The translations under genes were made by a program, and so were the position numbers. Below are positions 1-13,889 of a DNA stretch of 64,000 nt, one piece after another (position 1 is the stretch's first letter; each line of letters starts with the position of its first letter). The stretch lies in NCBI RefSeq assembly GCF_009914755.1, contig NC_060929.1; one strand, written 5' to 3'. The notes below the pieces were generated by a model. The model was not told the DNA's origin. It saw only the letters and a list, made by a program, of their open reading frames with translations, and made no database searches. This stretch comes from the human T2T-CHM13v2.0 reference genome, Homo sapiens.

Positions 1-9
1 ATTCATGAT

Positions 10-290
10 ACAAGATGGTTGCTGGGACTCTGGCCACTTGGCCCATGTTCCAGATATCAGGAAGGAAGACAGACAAAAAAGTAGATATCTCCTATCTGAA
101 ATAGCTTCTTTCAAAAGCCTTCCCAGAAGTCCCATATAACATTTCTGCTTATATCTTATTGGAGAGCATTCAGTCACATGGCCACACCTGACAGAGTGGG
201 AAGCTGGGAAACGTAGTCTTTAACTGGACACACTGTTTCCCTGCATAAAATTGGGGTTCTATTTTGAGAGAAAAGGGAGGGAAATAGTAG
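10..290. mobile_element. Old MaLR (MLT1-type) LTR fragment
   Basis: cttcccagaagtccc...tcacatggccacacct...ctgggaaa.gtagtcttt pattern typical of MLT1 LTRs. Confidence 0.5.
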
Positions 291-2652
291 TGTCAGGTCC
301 CTTCTTCACAGAAGCCTTCACTTGGTCCTGCCAAAGATTTCCAGCAGAGGGCATCTGAGATATTGACACCCTCACTTACAGCAGGAGGAGAAGGCCTGGG
401 GCAGCTGAAGTCCCTGGGCCAGTTACCTGTGGCTGTGAACAGCTTCATCTGAGAATCTAAATCCTTTCCAGTGTGTTGCACAAAGTTCGTTTTCTCTTTT
501 GGCCTTAAAAAGAAAAACGTTGGGAAGTGCTGGCCTAGAGCAAACTTTTCAAGAAAACAGAGGCTATGGTTACAATATAGCACCCTTCTTAAGCCATTTC
601 ATTAATCACTACTTTTTTTAGTTCATGCTGAATCTTAGCTTAGAATCAAGAATGTTCTGGGCACATTGAAAAACTTCACACTAACTTGACTCCAGAAGGC
701 AATACAGTCTCCCAACTTGAACCTCAGGAGCACTTTCTGCAGCTGCCTTTTTCATAGCCTGCTCCTGAACAGTTTCTCTGGATGCCACCTCAAAGTCCAT
801 CGTTTTTCTTTTGTGGAAGAATGAAATAATGTCTCATGCCAGCAATGCAAGAGCCCTCATGGCTGGTTTTTCCCCGTGTAACAAGGTTCCTCCATTTTTT
901 CATTTTTTAGATGAATAATAAATCCTGTCTGCTATTTGTTTCTTTAGCTGGGGTTATTGGCTGCTGTAATTTGGTATTTGGGTTAATATATTTGTCAGAG
1001 GCTTTTCCCAGCAACTACTTCTTAAGAAACACAAATTTGACCAAGGTTTCTGCTACTAATAGATTATACACATACAATTATTACATTAGATGAAGGTCTG
1101 GCAAGCAAACAGATAAAAAGAAAATATAATCACTGCCCTCAAGAAACCTACATCTAGTAAAATGAATATTTATTCAAGTACATAATGTGTAGTTTTTTTT
1201 CACCTTTATTGGAATAAGACAACAGATGGATGGGTTGACTAATTGATAAAGGAGAAGCAATTTGTTAAGTATATTATTGACAGCATAAATATTGTGTTGA
1301 GAGAGCTATTAACCCACGCTCAATCCAGGGCAGGAGCTTTTACACAACACACTTAAGTACAAATATAATAAGATTTTTGATGAAAGATCTAAAAGTGTTA
1401 CGCTACACAATTAAATACTAAATCTTAATAAATAGATAGGGTTAAACTCTGTCTTTGGCCTTACTGAGTGCTTGGTACCTACATAATTTGTGCTCAACTC
1501 TTCTCAGTGACAGAATACAATCAAAGGTTGAGCCCCGGCTGATAAAATGATTGGAACTTTAGTTTGATTTTTATGTATGTATGGTGTTTTTTAGCACATT
1601 ATTTGAAATTTAGCAGACATCAACTATTTGCTGGGCATGCTAGGCACAGGTGCAGGCAGAAGAAAAATAGGATACTTCTCTTATTCACTAGGAGATCAGC
1701 TGGGAGGCACAAACCTCCAAATTATGACCTATACTACAATATGGTCTATATTATAAATATGCAGGTATTACATCATAAAAATTAAACATGAGTTAACTAT
1801 GTTTTTATCAGAGTACTTGTGTCTATATAAGAATTGATGACAAGTCTCTACACACTTTAATAATATATCCTTATTTTTTGAATAATAAGATTATAAGTAA
1901 TATTGTAAACCAAATATATTAATTACTTGTAACAAAAGCAATGATTATACATAATATAAAAATTCATTATTTCTAGGCAAGTAACATTATGGTATATCTT
2001 GTACTATTGTATTATTCTGTTTACTTTTTGAAGAGGATGCAGATGAGAATTGATGATTATTTGATCTTTGTATACATAAAAATGTATCTTTTAATGATAA
2101 ATTTGGAATGAATCTATGAATTCTGTACCAAGCCCCCATTTGACTCACTAAATTGAATGTGCTTAACTTTCTGTTGGGAAGACCACTGGGTTCTTCCTGA
2201 TCCTTTACGTTTTGGACATGAGATAGGACAAGAGCTCTGAGTTGAGTCTTCTCACTTGAATCTCTAGGGCATGAGCAAGAAGCCAGTCAGACCTGTGCTT
2301 ACATGTGTGGCATGGCAAGCAAGCCAAATTTCAACTGCTGTGTTTTCAATAAGTGTTCAGCGACTGTTCTAAGCAGTCAAAAATTGATCTGAGAGTTGAT
2401 AGAGTAACTTGCACTTTCATAGATGATGGAAGAGTGTAGTAGATGGAACCATCTGTACATAGAAGTATTCTAGTGACCTGGCATTAATGTGCCTGGTCTG
2501 CTGTTGCGAGCTGTGCCTTCCCTGACACTTGGGTTATCAATAGTCTGCCTATTGTTGACTCAAAACAGGGGAGGTCAGAGGCCCAGAGCCAGCAGGAAGA
2601 AGAGGAAAAGAAATCCAGAATTTCCGGTTAGAATGAAAATCATAAAAAGTAA

Positions 2653-3259
<607 letters not shown>

Positions 3260-3525
3260 GGTGAAAGAATAAAAAGCTGATGGGCCTTGAAAGAAGGCTA
3301 TGATAAGGACCTCACAGAGAATTTAGAAATGGGGTGAAGCAAATGGGATCTGTTGATAAGCTATTGGTATCACACTGATTTCAAATATTTTCTTCAATGC
3401 TTGTATTAATAAATTAACAGTGAACTCAAGGGATCCTTCTCCTGAGGTCTTTCTCCATAGTCACAGATAGTGGCATGGGATCACATTATTATTTAAAAAT
3501 CTAAAATAAAAACTATTATTCTTAG

Positions 3526-3712
3526 TGCATCCAAGACTTCTTTAGATACAGCAGGCCAGACAACCACCGATTTGTTAAATACTTACTCAGATGATGAGTA
3601 CATTAAAAAAATCCAGAAGCGCCTTGAAGAAGATGCTTTTGCACGAGAGCAAAGGGAGAAAAGACGGCGGAAATTGTTAATGGACCAGTTAATAGCCCAC
3701 GAAGCACAAGAG
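3526..3712 (+). CDS. SPEF2: SPEF2 coding exon (~exon 7), ASKTSLDTAGQTTTDLLNTYSDDEYIKKIQKRLEEDAFAREQREKRRRKLLMDQLIAHEAQE
   Basis: ttcttag| acceptor and GAG|gtaaga donor; 187 nt, phase 2 to 0; joins in frame to the next exon; peptide recognised as SPEF2. Confidence 0.95.
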
Positions 3713-4130
3713 GTAAGATATTTAGATGAAGGTTAAGTAATAGTGCTGGGAATTCTACAAAATGTAGTCTTCTATACACATAATATGTAGTTTATATATG
3801 TATTGTCTGCTACTCTGCATCAAATGTCACTTTCACATCCTCATCATAATAGCAAATATACTAGGAAGAAAAGTAGCTATTTACTAAAGAATCTAAAATC
3901 TGGTGATAGTTGTACAACATTGTGAATGTAATTAAGACAAATGTATACTTTAAAAATGGTAAATTTTATGTTATGTATATTTTACCTTAATAAAAAATAC
4001 ATTAAAAGGAACCTAAAATCTGTATCTGCCATGTGTACTCTATTGTTACTTTTAGAGGAAAAAGGGAATGGTTTAATGAAAACAATGTGGAAAAGTTGTT
4101 CATCCTCTCCTTTTGTTCACCAGTCTATTC

Positions 4131-4310
4131 CAGTGGTTCTTTAAGCATGGTTCCTGGACGAACAGCACCAGCATTGCTTGGGACTTTTAGGAATACAGAT
4201 TATTGGGCCCCACCCCAGACCAGACCTGAAACTCTGGGGGTGGGGCCCAGTGATCCGTGCTAACAGGCTGTCTAGGTGATCCTGACGCCACTGCAGCTTG
4301 AGAATCACTG
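4131..4310. mobile_element. MER5A-like hAT-Charlie MITE
   Basis: TIRs cagtggttct / agaatcactg; internal gggccccacccc...ggggtggggccc palindrome; ~180 bp. Confidence 0.8.
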
Positions 4311-4339
4311 ATCATTTCTTACATTGAACACATATTTAT

Positions 4340-5230
4340 TGAACTTCTATGCTTTGAGTACTTGTGATAGGCCCAGAGATATGACAGAGAGCAAGAATAA
4401 CAAGACACCTGTCTCCCAGAGCTTTCTGTTTATAGGAGCATCTACAAACAGCAAGTACATTGGAGTGTGAAAGTTCTGTGAAGGTGAAAGAGGGATTAGG
4501 GTGAATGACACTTAGAGAAGTCCACCTGGCTTGCTTCAGGAGACAGTGTCTGGAGGACAATAGCAGAAGCATGGATAAAGAGTCAGGAGTTAGCTAATTG
4601 AAGGTGGGATGGTCGTGGTGGGGTCAGGGTTAGGGGCAGTTTCCAGGAAAGGTGGTGGAAGGTGAGTGTTTCCAGACAAGGGAATATCACATGGAAAGCT
4701 CAGTGTTTTTAGCTAACTGAAAGTCATGCCATCTGGCAGGAGTCACCAGAGGCCAAATTATGATGAGCCTTGTAAGATACACAGAAAGAAATAGGAGATT
4801 TTGTGATTTCCTGTTTGAATGCAAAGCAGAATAAGAGTGACCAGGTCAGACTTGCCTGTGGAAAGATCACTCTGGCTTTAGTTTGGAGAATAGATTACAG
4901 AAGGGCAATCCAAGTCTGTTGTTGCTGTAATTCAGGTAAGAGATTATCCCAGTTTAAATGTAGTGTAGTGGCAATAGGGATTGAGAGAAGTAGCTTTAAG
5001 AGCTATTTTGGAGGTAAAATCAATAAGACTTATTGATTCATTAAACAAGGGAAAGTGAAAAAGTGGGATGAAAAATTGGATTTCTAGGTTGTGCACCTGG
5101 ATGGCTGGAGGTGTAATTTGCTGAGATATGGAAGATGGTAAGAGGAACAAACTTGGGGTGGGCGGTGATTTCAGTTGGGAATGTAAATAGGACAAATCTG
5201 CATGTCTACAAAGACCATTTGAAGATGCTT
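4340..5230. mobile_element. Degraded L2 LINE
   Basis: atttattgaac, gaaagatcactctggct...ggagaatagatt and gagatatggaaga motifs typical of L2. Confidence 0.55.
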
Positions 5231-7568
5231 TTATTCACCTACCCACGTCTGGTCTGCTTGTTCGCTGAAAGGAAATAAAGCCTTCATATAAATATGAAGA
5301 AGTGAAATTTATTCATGGATTCCACTTCTTTCTTAGTGAAAGTTCAGAAAAATAGCTCTGCACATCTCTTTGTGCTAGAAAGTTATTTCTTCATATTCTG
5401 ATTTCTTCAAATTTTATCTTTATTCAATCAGTTTGGTTATCTCCCTTTTAATTAGAAGAATTTCAAATTATGAAAACTAGATAGTTGAAAAGTTAGTTTT
5501 AAAATACCTACCCATTTCAAGTTTCATTACCTAGCAATGAAATTTTGAACACATTTCTATGTATGTTCCAAAGTACTTGTGTGTTGGCTGCAAGGTTTTT
5601 TCTCACTAATTTTCTGCTTGTAATCTAGGTCTGGCGTTTGCCTGGAAAATGGAATAAATGAATTCTTTCTAGATTTCCTCACTTTCCACTAGGATGCTAT
5701 TAACACTGACTTTTCAAAACTAGAGTTGGAGGTATATTTACCAGTTTGGAAATCCAGCAACCTAAGGGGCCTAAAAAAGAGCCAGGGCTCTATATATTTC
5801 CATCACAGGAACCTCATCTTGTGCTGCTTCTTTTCTGTGTGTGGGTGAGCTGCTATTCCTAGAACCAGGCCTGAAGCATATGCTGCATTCCCTCCATTCC
5901 TACCACCTCCTTCCTATGGAATGTAGTGAGCCCAGGCTCCTGTGCAACTGACACAAGAGATCCTGGTCCACAGTGGTGGAATGGGAAATTCTTATGTGTA
6001 CAATGGCTGGTTTTTCCATCCATTCTCCTCTCCTCCAGAGGAAAAATGGTATATGTCAGGGCTAGGAATTCTACTTCCTTCAATTACTTGCTGCTTTTCA
6101 CAAGCATGACATAAATCCCACATCAGCCCTGAATGTTTTCTTCTGGTGCCATTTGCACTTAATCCATCAGAAATGCCTCAAAATATCTTCCCTAGCTTTC
6201 AAGTTGTTCCAGTTTCTCCCTGGAATTTAGGTATTCCTGTTTTAGTTTGGCTGGTGAAGAGACAGCCAGAGACCTGTGCTCAAGTTGATATCTTGCCTAC
6301 TGATTGATAAATACGTGGAATTATGTGAACTAAATGATGAGATTTAAAGTTATAAAAATCAATTTGACTTTTTAGGGGATAGGTTTTGAGAGTAGGGATG
6401 GTAAGAAAAGGATTGGTAGGGAGGGGCTGATGTTGTTCAAGATAGGGGTGGTGTCACTGGGTATGGAATGGAATCGGGGGGGTGGTTTAAAAACATACCT
6501 AGGAGGTTTACTAGACTACTTCTTGAACAATTGAGTATTAGGAGTGATGAGAGAGGAGTGAACTTAGGATGGCCCTAATGTCTTAGATCACAGAGTGGAT
6601 TATTGTAGGATCATCAACTGAGATGGGGAAATATGGGGAGAGGACCAGGTCTGAAGGGGAGTTAGTGAGTTTAGTTTTGGGCTTGTTAAAGTACTTCATA
6701 GGCATTTAAGTGTATTCAAACTGGGAACACAGTTTGGCTCCCACCTGGTTTTGTGGTCATATGGCTAGTGTCTTGGCCAATTAAGGTTTGCCCCAAGTCA
6801 GTTACCTCTGCCTTCTAAGAATCTTTTCTATGCCATTTCTTTGGAACTGGCATTTGAACGCCAGGCCCTTCCCTCACTTCTTAACTAGAAGACCCTTGAA
6901 TACTTAGCTGTCAGGTCTTTCCTGCAGTGCCCTATTCCTCTATAGAGCTGCTTGGGCATCTTTGGAAAATTAAATAGTGGTTGTAGACCAGAGTAAGTTC
7001 TGGTCTCTAGATATTTTTCTATGTCTTCCCCATTGAGTACTATAGATACCTCCTCTTTCCACATGATGTCTCTGTTTCGAAAGAGTGAGAGAGCTTGATG
7101 GGGACTTGGATATTATCTTCCACCTAAACCCATAATTTTACCTAATGAGAAATAGGCCCGAGAAACTGAGTTAATTGCCCAAGGCCACCCAGCCTATTAT
7201 GATGACCAGGTCCTCTGATTCCCAGTTTAATGTTTTTTTTCCACTGTTCATTTACTGGTCACCTTTCTATTCTCCTCAAACAGCCAAGAATACATCTATC
7301 TAGTTTTTCTTTCAGATTATGATCACTCAGATAAGATAAGCAGTAGGTCATTTCCCCCAGCCTCTTCTCCAGGCTTCACATTCTGTCAGTTTGTATTAAT
7401 AGCTTTTCCTCACGTTGGTATTGTGATATCCTCACGGGGAACTAATCAGATCTGCAGTCTTCAGCTGACAATGCCTGATTTGTTTTATAACTAGTAGTTA
7501 TGTTAAAATGCGTACAGCATAATCCCAACCTTCTGAAAACATGCTTTTAAGTTTAGAGTTATAGCACT

Positions 7569-7703
7569 TATTTTTTTTTTAACTTTTATTTTAAGTTCGG
7601 GGTACATGTGCAGGTTTGTTATATAGGTAAACTCGTGTTACAGGAGTTTGTGGTACAGATTATTTCATCACCCAGATATTAAGCCTAGTATCCATTAGCT
7701 ATT
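7569..7703 (-). mobile_element. L1PA 3' end fragment
   Basis: poly-T then ggggtacatgtgcaggtttgttatatagg...cattagctatt. Confidence 0.85.
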
Positions 7704-8004
7704 TGCTTGTTTTTAAAACCTTGAAAAAAAATCACCTAATTTATTTCTAATAATGTTTTGAATGAAGTAATAATTTGTTTAAAGTAATTGTGAGTTGCAA
7801 AGCCATAATGTTTCTAAACACCAACTTTTGTTGGAAATCCTCATTTCATAACATGATTTTTTTTGCCATGTTCAAATTAAGTCAAATGACAGAAACTGAT
7901 TTAGATGAACATTATGCCTTTTGTATATTGTTTCTGTATAGGCTTCGTAGCTCAGCGGGAAATTTGGACGTCACTTTAACAAATAATTCCCCTGGTGTTT
8001 TCAG

Positions 8005-8193
8005 GAGGCTTATCGGGAGGAACAGCTGATTAACCGGCTGATGCGGCAGTCCCAGCAGGAGCGCAGGATTGCCGTGCAGCTCATGCATGTTCGGCATGAA
8101 AAGGAAGTTTTATGGCAAAACAGAATTTTCAGAGAAAAACAACATGAGGAAAGACGACTTAAAGATTTCCAGGATGCTCTTGATCGAGAAGCG
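8005..8193 (+). CDS. SPEF2: SPEF2 coding exon (~exon 8), EAYREEQLINRLMRQSQQERRIAVQ...DALDREA (coiled coil)
   Basis: ttttcag| acceptor, GCG|gtaaat donor, 189 nt; overlaps ORF 8041..8379. Confidence 0.96.
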
Positions 8194-10231
8194 GTAAATA
8201 CCATCTTCCTTAGAAATCTTTCTAAGGTTACTTTTGTTCCTTTCTACCAAGTCGTGGTAAACAAAGCTATATTTTGTTGCCAATCATCTAATAAGATTTT
8301 CTTTTGTATGATCAACCTGTTATCTGCCCATTTTTATTTTTGTATAACTCCATCAACAGGGCATGTAGCTGCTACATAGTACTATACTGTCTTCTTTTAA
8401 TCTTGGTTCTACAAGTAGCTAAGTACTTAATGCTCACCACCAACCCTTATGTCCATGTCTCTCTAGTCATTTTGATTGTCTGAAGCTCTTTCTCCAATAG
8501 GTTTCTCATGAAGGGCTCATGGAAACCATATTCCCTGAGTTCTTATAACAGTGTGTGCCTTTTATACTTGATTGTAAGTTTGGCTGTATATAAAATGGTT
8601 AGTTCACACTTTGTTTCCTTGAATATCTTAAATATGTCACTCTGTTTTCTTCAAGTATGAAGTGTGCTGCCAAAAAGAATGGTGATAGTCTAACTTTCAG
8701 TTCCTTGAGTCATTACTTTTTTTTTAGATACTTTTTTTTTCTTTAAAAGTTCACTAAGTTTACTAGAGTAGGCATTGGTATTGGTTATTCTAGGTAAATA
8801 TCCTCAGGCAGTGAGAGAACTTTTAAGCTGCTTCCTTTCAACTAGACACCATTAGTCTTTAATCAACAATTCCTTGCCTTCTGAAAAAAAAAAAAAGAGA
8901 TTCCTCAGGCCCATATTATGCTATTCCTTCCTCAGAATGAGAATAAATGCTTTATCTAGGGTACTGTGGTGCACTGTAGTTGAGAATGGTATACAGAAAC
9001 TCACATCTGGGCTGCTAGCTGTGCTCTTTGCTACTATGGTATCATTGTGTCTCGGCCCTTTTACAACTCTGAAAATCAAAATATCCAATCTTTTAATTAT
9101 TTAATAGATTATTTTTGTCCCAAACTTTATGTATATGTGAGTTCTAGTAAAAAAAAATAGATTGATTTTATTAATGGAGTATATGGATTACTTCTTGTCT
9201 ACTTCCTATTGGGGATGTTTCAGATTTATTTAATCCGTTTGTCCACATTTGATTGAAGAGAACTCCTGTGAGTGGCATTTTAGATAGCCTGTCTTTACTA
9301 TCATAAGATATTCACAAAACCAGACTGGGCAGAAGAGAAACCTTATAGAAAACAGGAGGGCAGTGTTTTATTTACTAGTTTCATAGCTTCCACTGTGATA
9401 CCCCATGAAAGTGTAATGTAACTTTTGCCAAAATTATGCAATTTTTAGAAATATCATTTGGAAAGTAGCATATTTTGCAGGGAGGAGAGTGTTGCTTTTG
9501 CCTTTGTGGAACAGGCATAGCCTAAACGGTGGGTATGGAATGGGGAGAGAGAACCATACCCCATGAATTTGAGCTGAATGAATGCTGACCTCAATGTCTT
9601 CTTTGGCTTCAAGAGCTGAGTTATCTGGATGATTGTTTCATCTCTCTTCTTTGGCAACAATAGACTTGACTAGACTGAGTGGCATTTACTTACATTAGAA
9701 ATGATGTGTTTATCTTTCTAAGTGCCTATTTGAAAAATATGTTTATTTCACAAGCTCAGCTAAATAGCAAAGTATGTTTAGCTGGACTGGTCTCACAGTG
9801 ATAAGGATCATCTATTCTTTCTTGAACTGGGGTTGAACTAACTTCAGAGGACCGGAACAGTTGGGCCTGCTAAAGCCTGAGAGACCTAAATTGTGAGGTT
9901 CTGAAGCATCTGAAAAAATTATATTTCTTCCTCTCACATGATTACCTTTTCCAACAGCGGAGCTATCTAGTTCCTTGGCATCTCTCCCTTAGAGATGGTT
10001 GGATTTTATGGCTTTCATCCATACATGTTGAGTTTATCAACTCCTCCACCAACAGTAGCTGGTACATAAGTAGGAGCTGAATAAATCAATCAATAAATGT
10101 TGAATTCAGTTTGCCAAATTAACAGTCACCTCTTCTTTCCAGTATCATTCACTAACTAAACAAAATCCATTTTATTCCCTACAGCATTATCATTCTACTT
10201 CTTTTATGTGAAGAAAGGAGGTTTTTTTTTT

Positions 10232-10232
10232 G

Positions 10233-10265
<33 letters not shown>

Positions 10266-10392
10266 TATACACACATATATACACATATACCAAAGTGTGT
10301 GTATATATATATACACACACACATATATACCAAAAAATATATATACCAAGATAAATATATATATATATTTGTTAACAAAAAATATATATATA
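10232..10392. repeat. (TA)n/(CA)n microsatellite in the L1 tail
   Basis: Read directly. Confidence 0.9.
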
Positions 10393-11841
10393 TTTGTTTA
10401 ACTTTTAAGTTCAGGGGTATAAGTGCAGGTTTGTTACATAGGTAAATGTGTGTCATGGGGGTTTGTTGTACAGATTATTTCATCACCCAGGTATTAAGCC
10501 TAGTGCCCATTAGTTATTTTGCCTGATCCTCTCTCTCCTCCCACCCTCCACCCTCTGAAAGGTCCCAGTATGTGTTGTTCCCCTCCGTGTGTCCATGTGT
10601 TCTCATAATTTAGCTTCCACTTATAAGTGAGAACATGCAGTATTTGGTTTTCTATTCCTGCATTAGTTTGCTGAGGATAATAGCCTCCAGCTCAATCCAT
10701 GTCTCTGCAAAGGACATGATCTCATTGCTTTTTATGGCTGCATATTATTCCATGGTGTATATATACCACATTTTCTTTATCCAGTCTATCATTGATTGGC
10801 ATTTAGGTTGATTCCATGTCTTTGCTATTGTGAATAGTGCTGCAATGAATGTAGGCATTCATGGGTCTTTAAAATAGAATGATTTATATTCCTTTGGGTA
10901 TAAACCCAGTAATGGAATTGCTGGGTTGAGTGGTATTTCTGCCTGTAGATCTTTGAGGAATTGCCACACTGTCCTCCACAATGGTTGAACTAATTTACTC
11001 TTCCACCTACAGTGTAAAAGTGTTCCTTTTTCTCTACAACCTCACCAGCATCTGTTGTTTTTTGACTTTTTGGTAATAGTCATTCTGACTGGTATGAGAT
11101 GGTATCTCATTATGGTTTTGATTTGCATGTATCTAATGGTCAGTGATGTTAAGCTTTTTTTTCACGTTTGTTAGCCATTTGTATGTCTTCTTTTGAAAAG
11201 TGTCTGTTCATGTCATTTGCCCACTTTTTAATGGGGTTGTTTGTTTTTTCTCTTGTAAATTTGTCTGAGTTTCTTATAGATGTTGGATATTAGACCTTTG
11301 TCAGATGCATAGTTTGTAAAAATTTTCTCCCATTCTGTAGGTTGTTGGTATACTCTGTCAACAGTTTCTTTTGCTGTGCAGAAGCTCTTTAGTTTAATTA
11401 GATCCCATTTGTCAATTTTTGCTTTTGTTGCAATTGCTTTTGGCATCTTCATCATGAAATCTTTGCCCGTGCTTATGTCCTGAATGGCATTACTTAGGTT
11501 GTCTTCCAGGGTTTTTATAGCTTTGGGTTTTACATTTAAGTCTTTAATCCATCTTGAGTTAATTATTGTATATGGTGTAAGGGAGGGGTCCAGTTTCTAT
11601 CTTCTGCATATAGGTAGCCAGTTATCCCAGCACCATCTATCAAATAGGAAATCCTTTCCCCATTGCTTGTGTTTGTCAGGTTTGTTGAAGATCTGATGAC
11701 TGGAGGTGTGTGGTCTTATTTCTGGGTTCTCTATTCTGGTCCATTGGTCTATGTGTCTGTTTTTGTGTTTTGATTACTCTAGCCCTGTGTAGTGTAGTGT
11801 AGTTTGAAATCAGGTAGTGCGATGCTTCCAGCTTTGTTCTT
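10393..11841 (-). mobile_element. 5'-truncated L1PA element (3' UTR plus ORF2 C-terminal remnant)
   Basis: ORF 11228..11455 ([26 protein letters not shown]) is L1 ORF2p sequence; typical L1PA 3' UTR. Confidence 0.96.
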
Positions 11842-12239
11842 AGTTTTTATTGTTCTTGTCATTTTTATTGTTATTTGAGAGTGGGAGGAGATGGCACATT
11901 CTAAAAGTACTTTTAAATCTATTAAGGTCTTTAAGGTTTCTTAACTATGCTCACAAAGTATTAATAATATTTGTATTACTTATTTTAATAGTATTTATTT
12001 GCTATTCCATGGCTACTTTCTATTAAGTATTGCTGTGGAAAATACTGATTTTGTTTCTACTTCTTTGGCTGCTCCTTCTCAGGAGCAGGGTCATTGTCTT
12101 TACAGGCCCATTGTTCCCTTATATCAAAACATTTATTAACAGATTGCTCAAAGCTTCATCTTTGACTTCCTTATATTCTTTTCTATGTTATTTCTCAGAC
12201 AATTTCATCCACAACCATGGTGAAGTATTTACTGCAATA

Positions 12240-13215
12240 GACAGATGACCCATGCAGTTATGCCTCTGTCCTCCAAGATGAAGGGCCATAGTTTTAGTAT
12301 TCCTTGACATCTGTGGTCATATGTCTCAGAGACACTTCAAATTCAACATGTTCCAAGCCAAATGTATGACCTTTGCTATGAAACTAGTCTTTTTCAATGT
12401 TCCATAGCTCAACAAATGGCATCATTATTTATCAAATTGTACAAGCCTGAAACTTCAGGGCCCACCTGAAAGCTGCTTCACCCTTATTCTTCCATACCCA
12501 AAATATCCACTGAGTGTTATCATTTTCATGTATTAAATTTCTCTTCATCGTGTCCATTTTCCTCCATGTCTACACTACCACCCCTGGTTTCTACTGCAGT
12601 ACTACTACTGCAGTGGTTTCCTTTATCCATTTTTAGTGGTTATGAATTGGTGACCAAAAACTGGAGAGTGTAAGAATATAACATTATTTATTTTCCTTAA
12701 ATCAACCCTAAGTTTTACTCTTTCATCCTACCTCTGCACACAGAGAATGTACAATGCCCCAGGTTATAAGGGCCAAGCCATCTTGGAAACACTACAGTCA
12801 TCAGGTGCAAGCCCAGTACTATTGAGACCTCAGCTACTGCAGCCAACACGCTACCCTCAGTGGCACAGGAAACTTTGGGGAGGCTGCTCCAGCCTTTGTT
12901 GGTCTTCCATATAATCCCCTCTGAGGCTTCATTGCCCCCCTTCATTTTCATTGCCTGGGTTCTGGCCACATTGGTTTGCTCTCAGATCCTTGAACAAGTC
13001 ATTTCTTCTACTTTGCCCCTCTTCCCAAGTGCCTTCACCCAATTAATACTTGTTTTCAAAGCTCCATGCATATGCCCCTTCTTGTCTAGGTCAGGCCTCA
13101 TACCCCATGGTCTTGCCCTAATGACACTTGTCATAGTGTGTAATTATACATGTATTTGTGTGGCTTTTTGACTGTTTGCCTATCCCACTGGCATGTAAAG
13201 TCCATAAGGGCAGTA
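12240..13215. mobile_element. Degraded L2 fragments
   Basis: acacttcaaattcaacatgttccaa and atgtaaagtccataagggcag L2-like motifs. Confidence 0.45.
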
Positions 13216-13239
13216 CCACGTTTGCTCTTGCTCATGAAA

Positions 13240-13375
13240 TAAAGAAAAAAAAAAAAAAAGAGGAAAGAAGGAAGGAAGGAAGGAAAAAGAAAAGAAAGGG
13301 AAAAGAGAGACGAGGGAAGGAAGGAAGGAAAGAAGGAAGGAAGGAAGGAAAGAAGGAAGGAAGGAAGAAAGGAAA
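13240..13375 (+). repeat. (GGAA)n purine tract
   Basis: Read directly. Confidence 0.93.

Positions 13376-13889
<514 letters not shown>

Noticed and set aside
7946-7985. GTAGCTCAGCGG resembling a tRNA A-box
   Set aside because: No B-box (GTTCRA) or cloverleaf downstream
11228-11696. Retrotransposon ORF2-related peptides
   Set aside because: Remnant of a truncated L1PA with no intact ORF2
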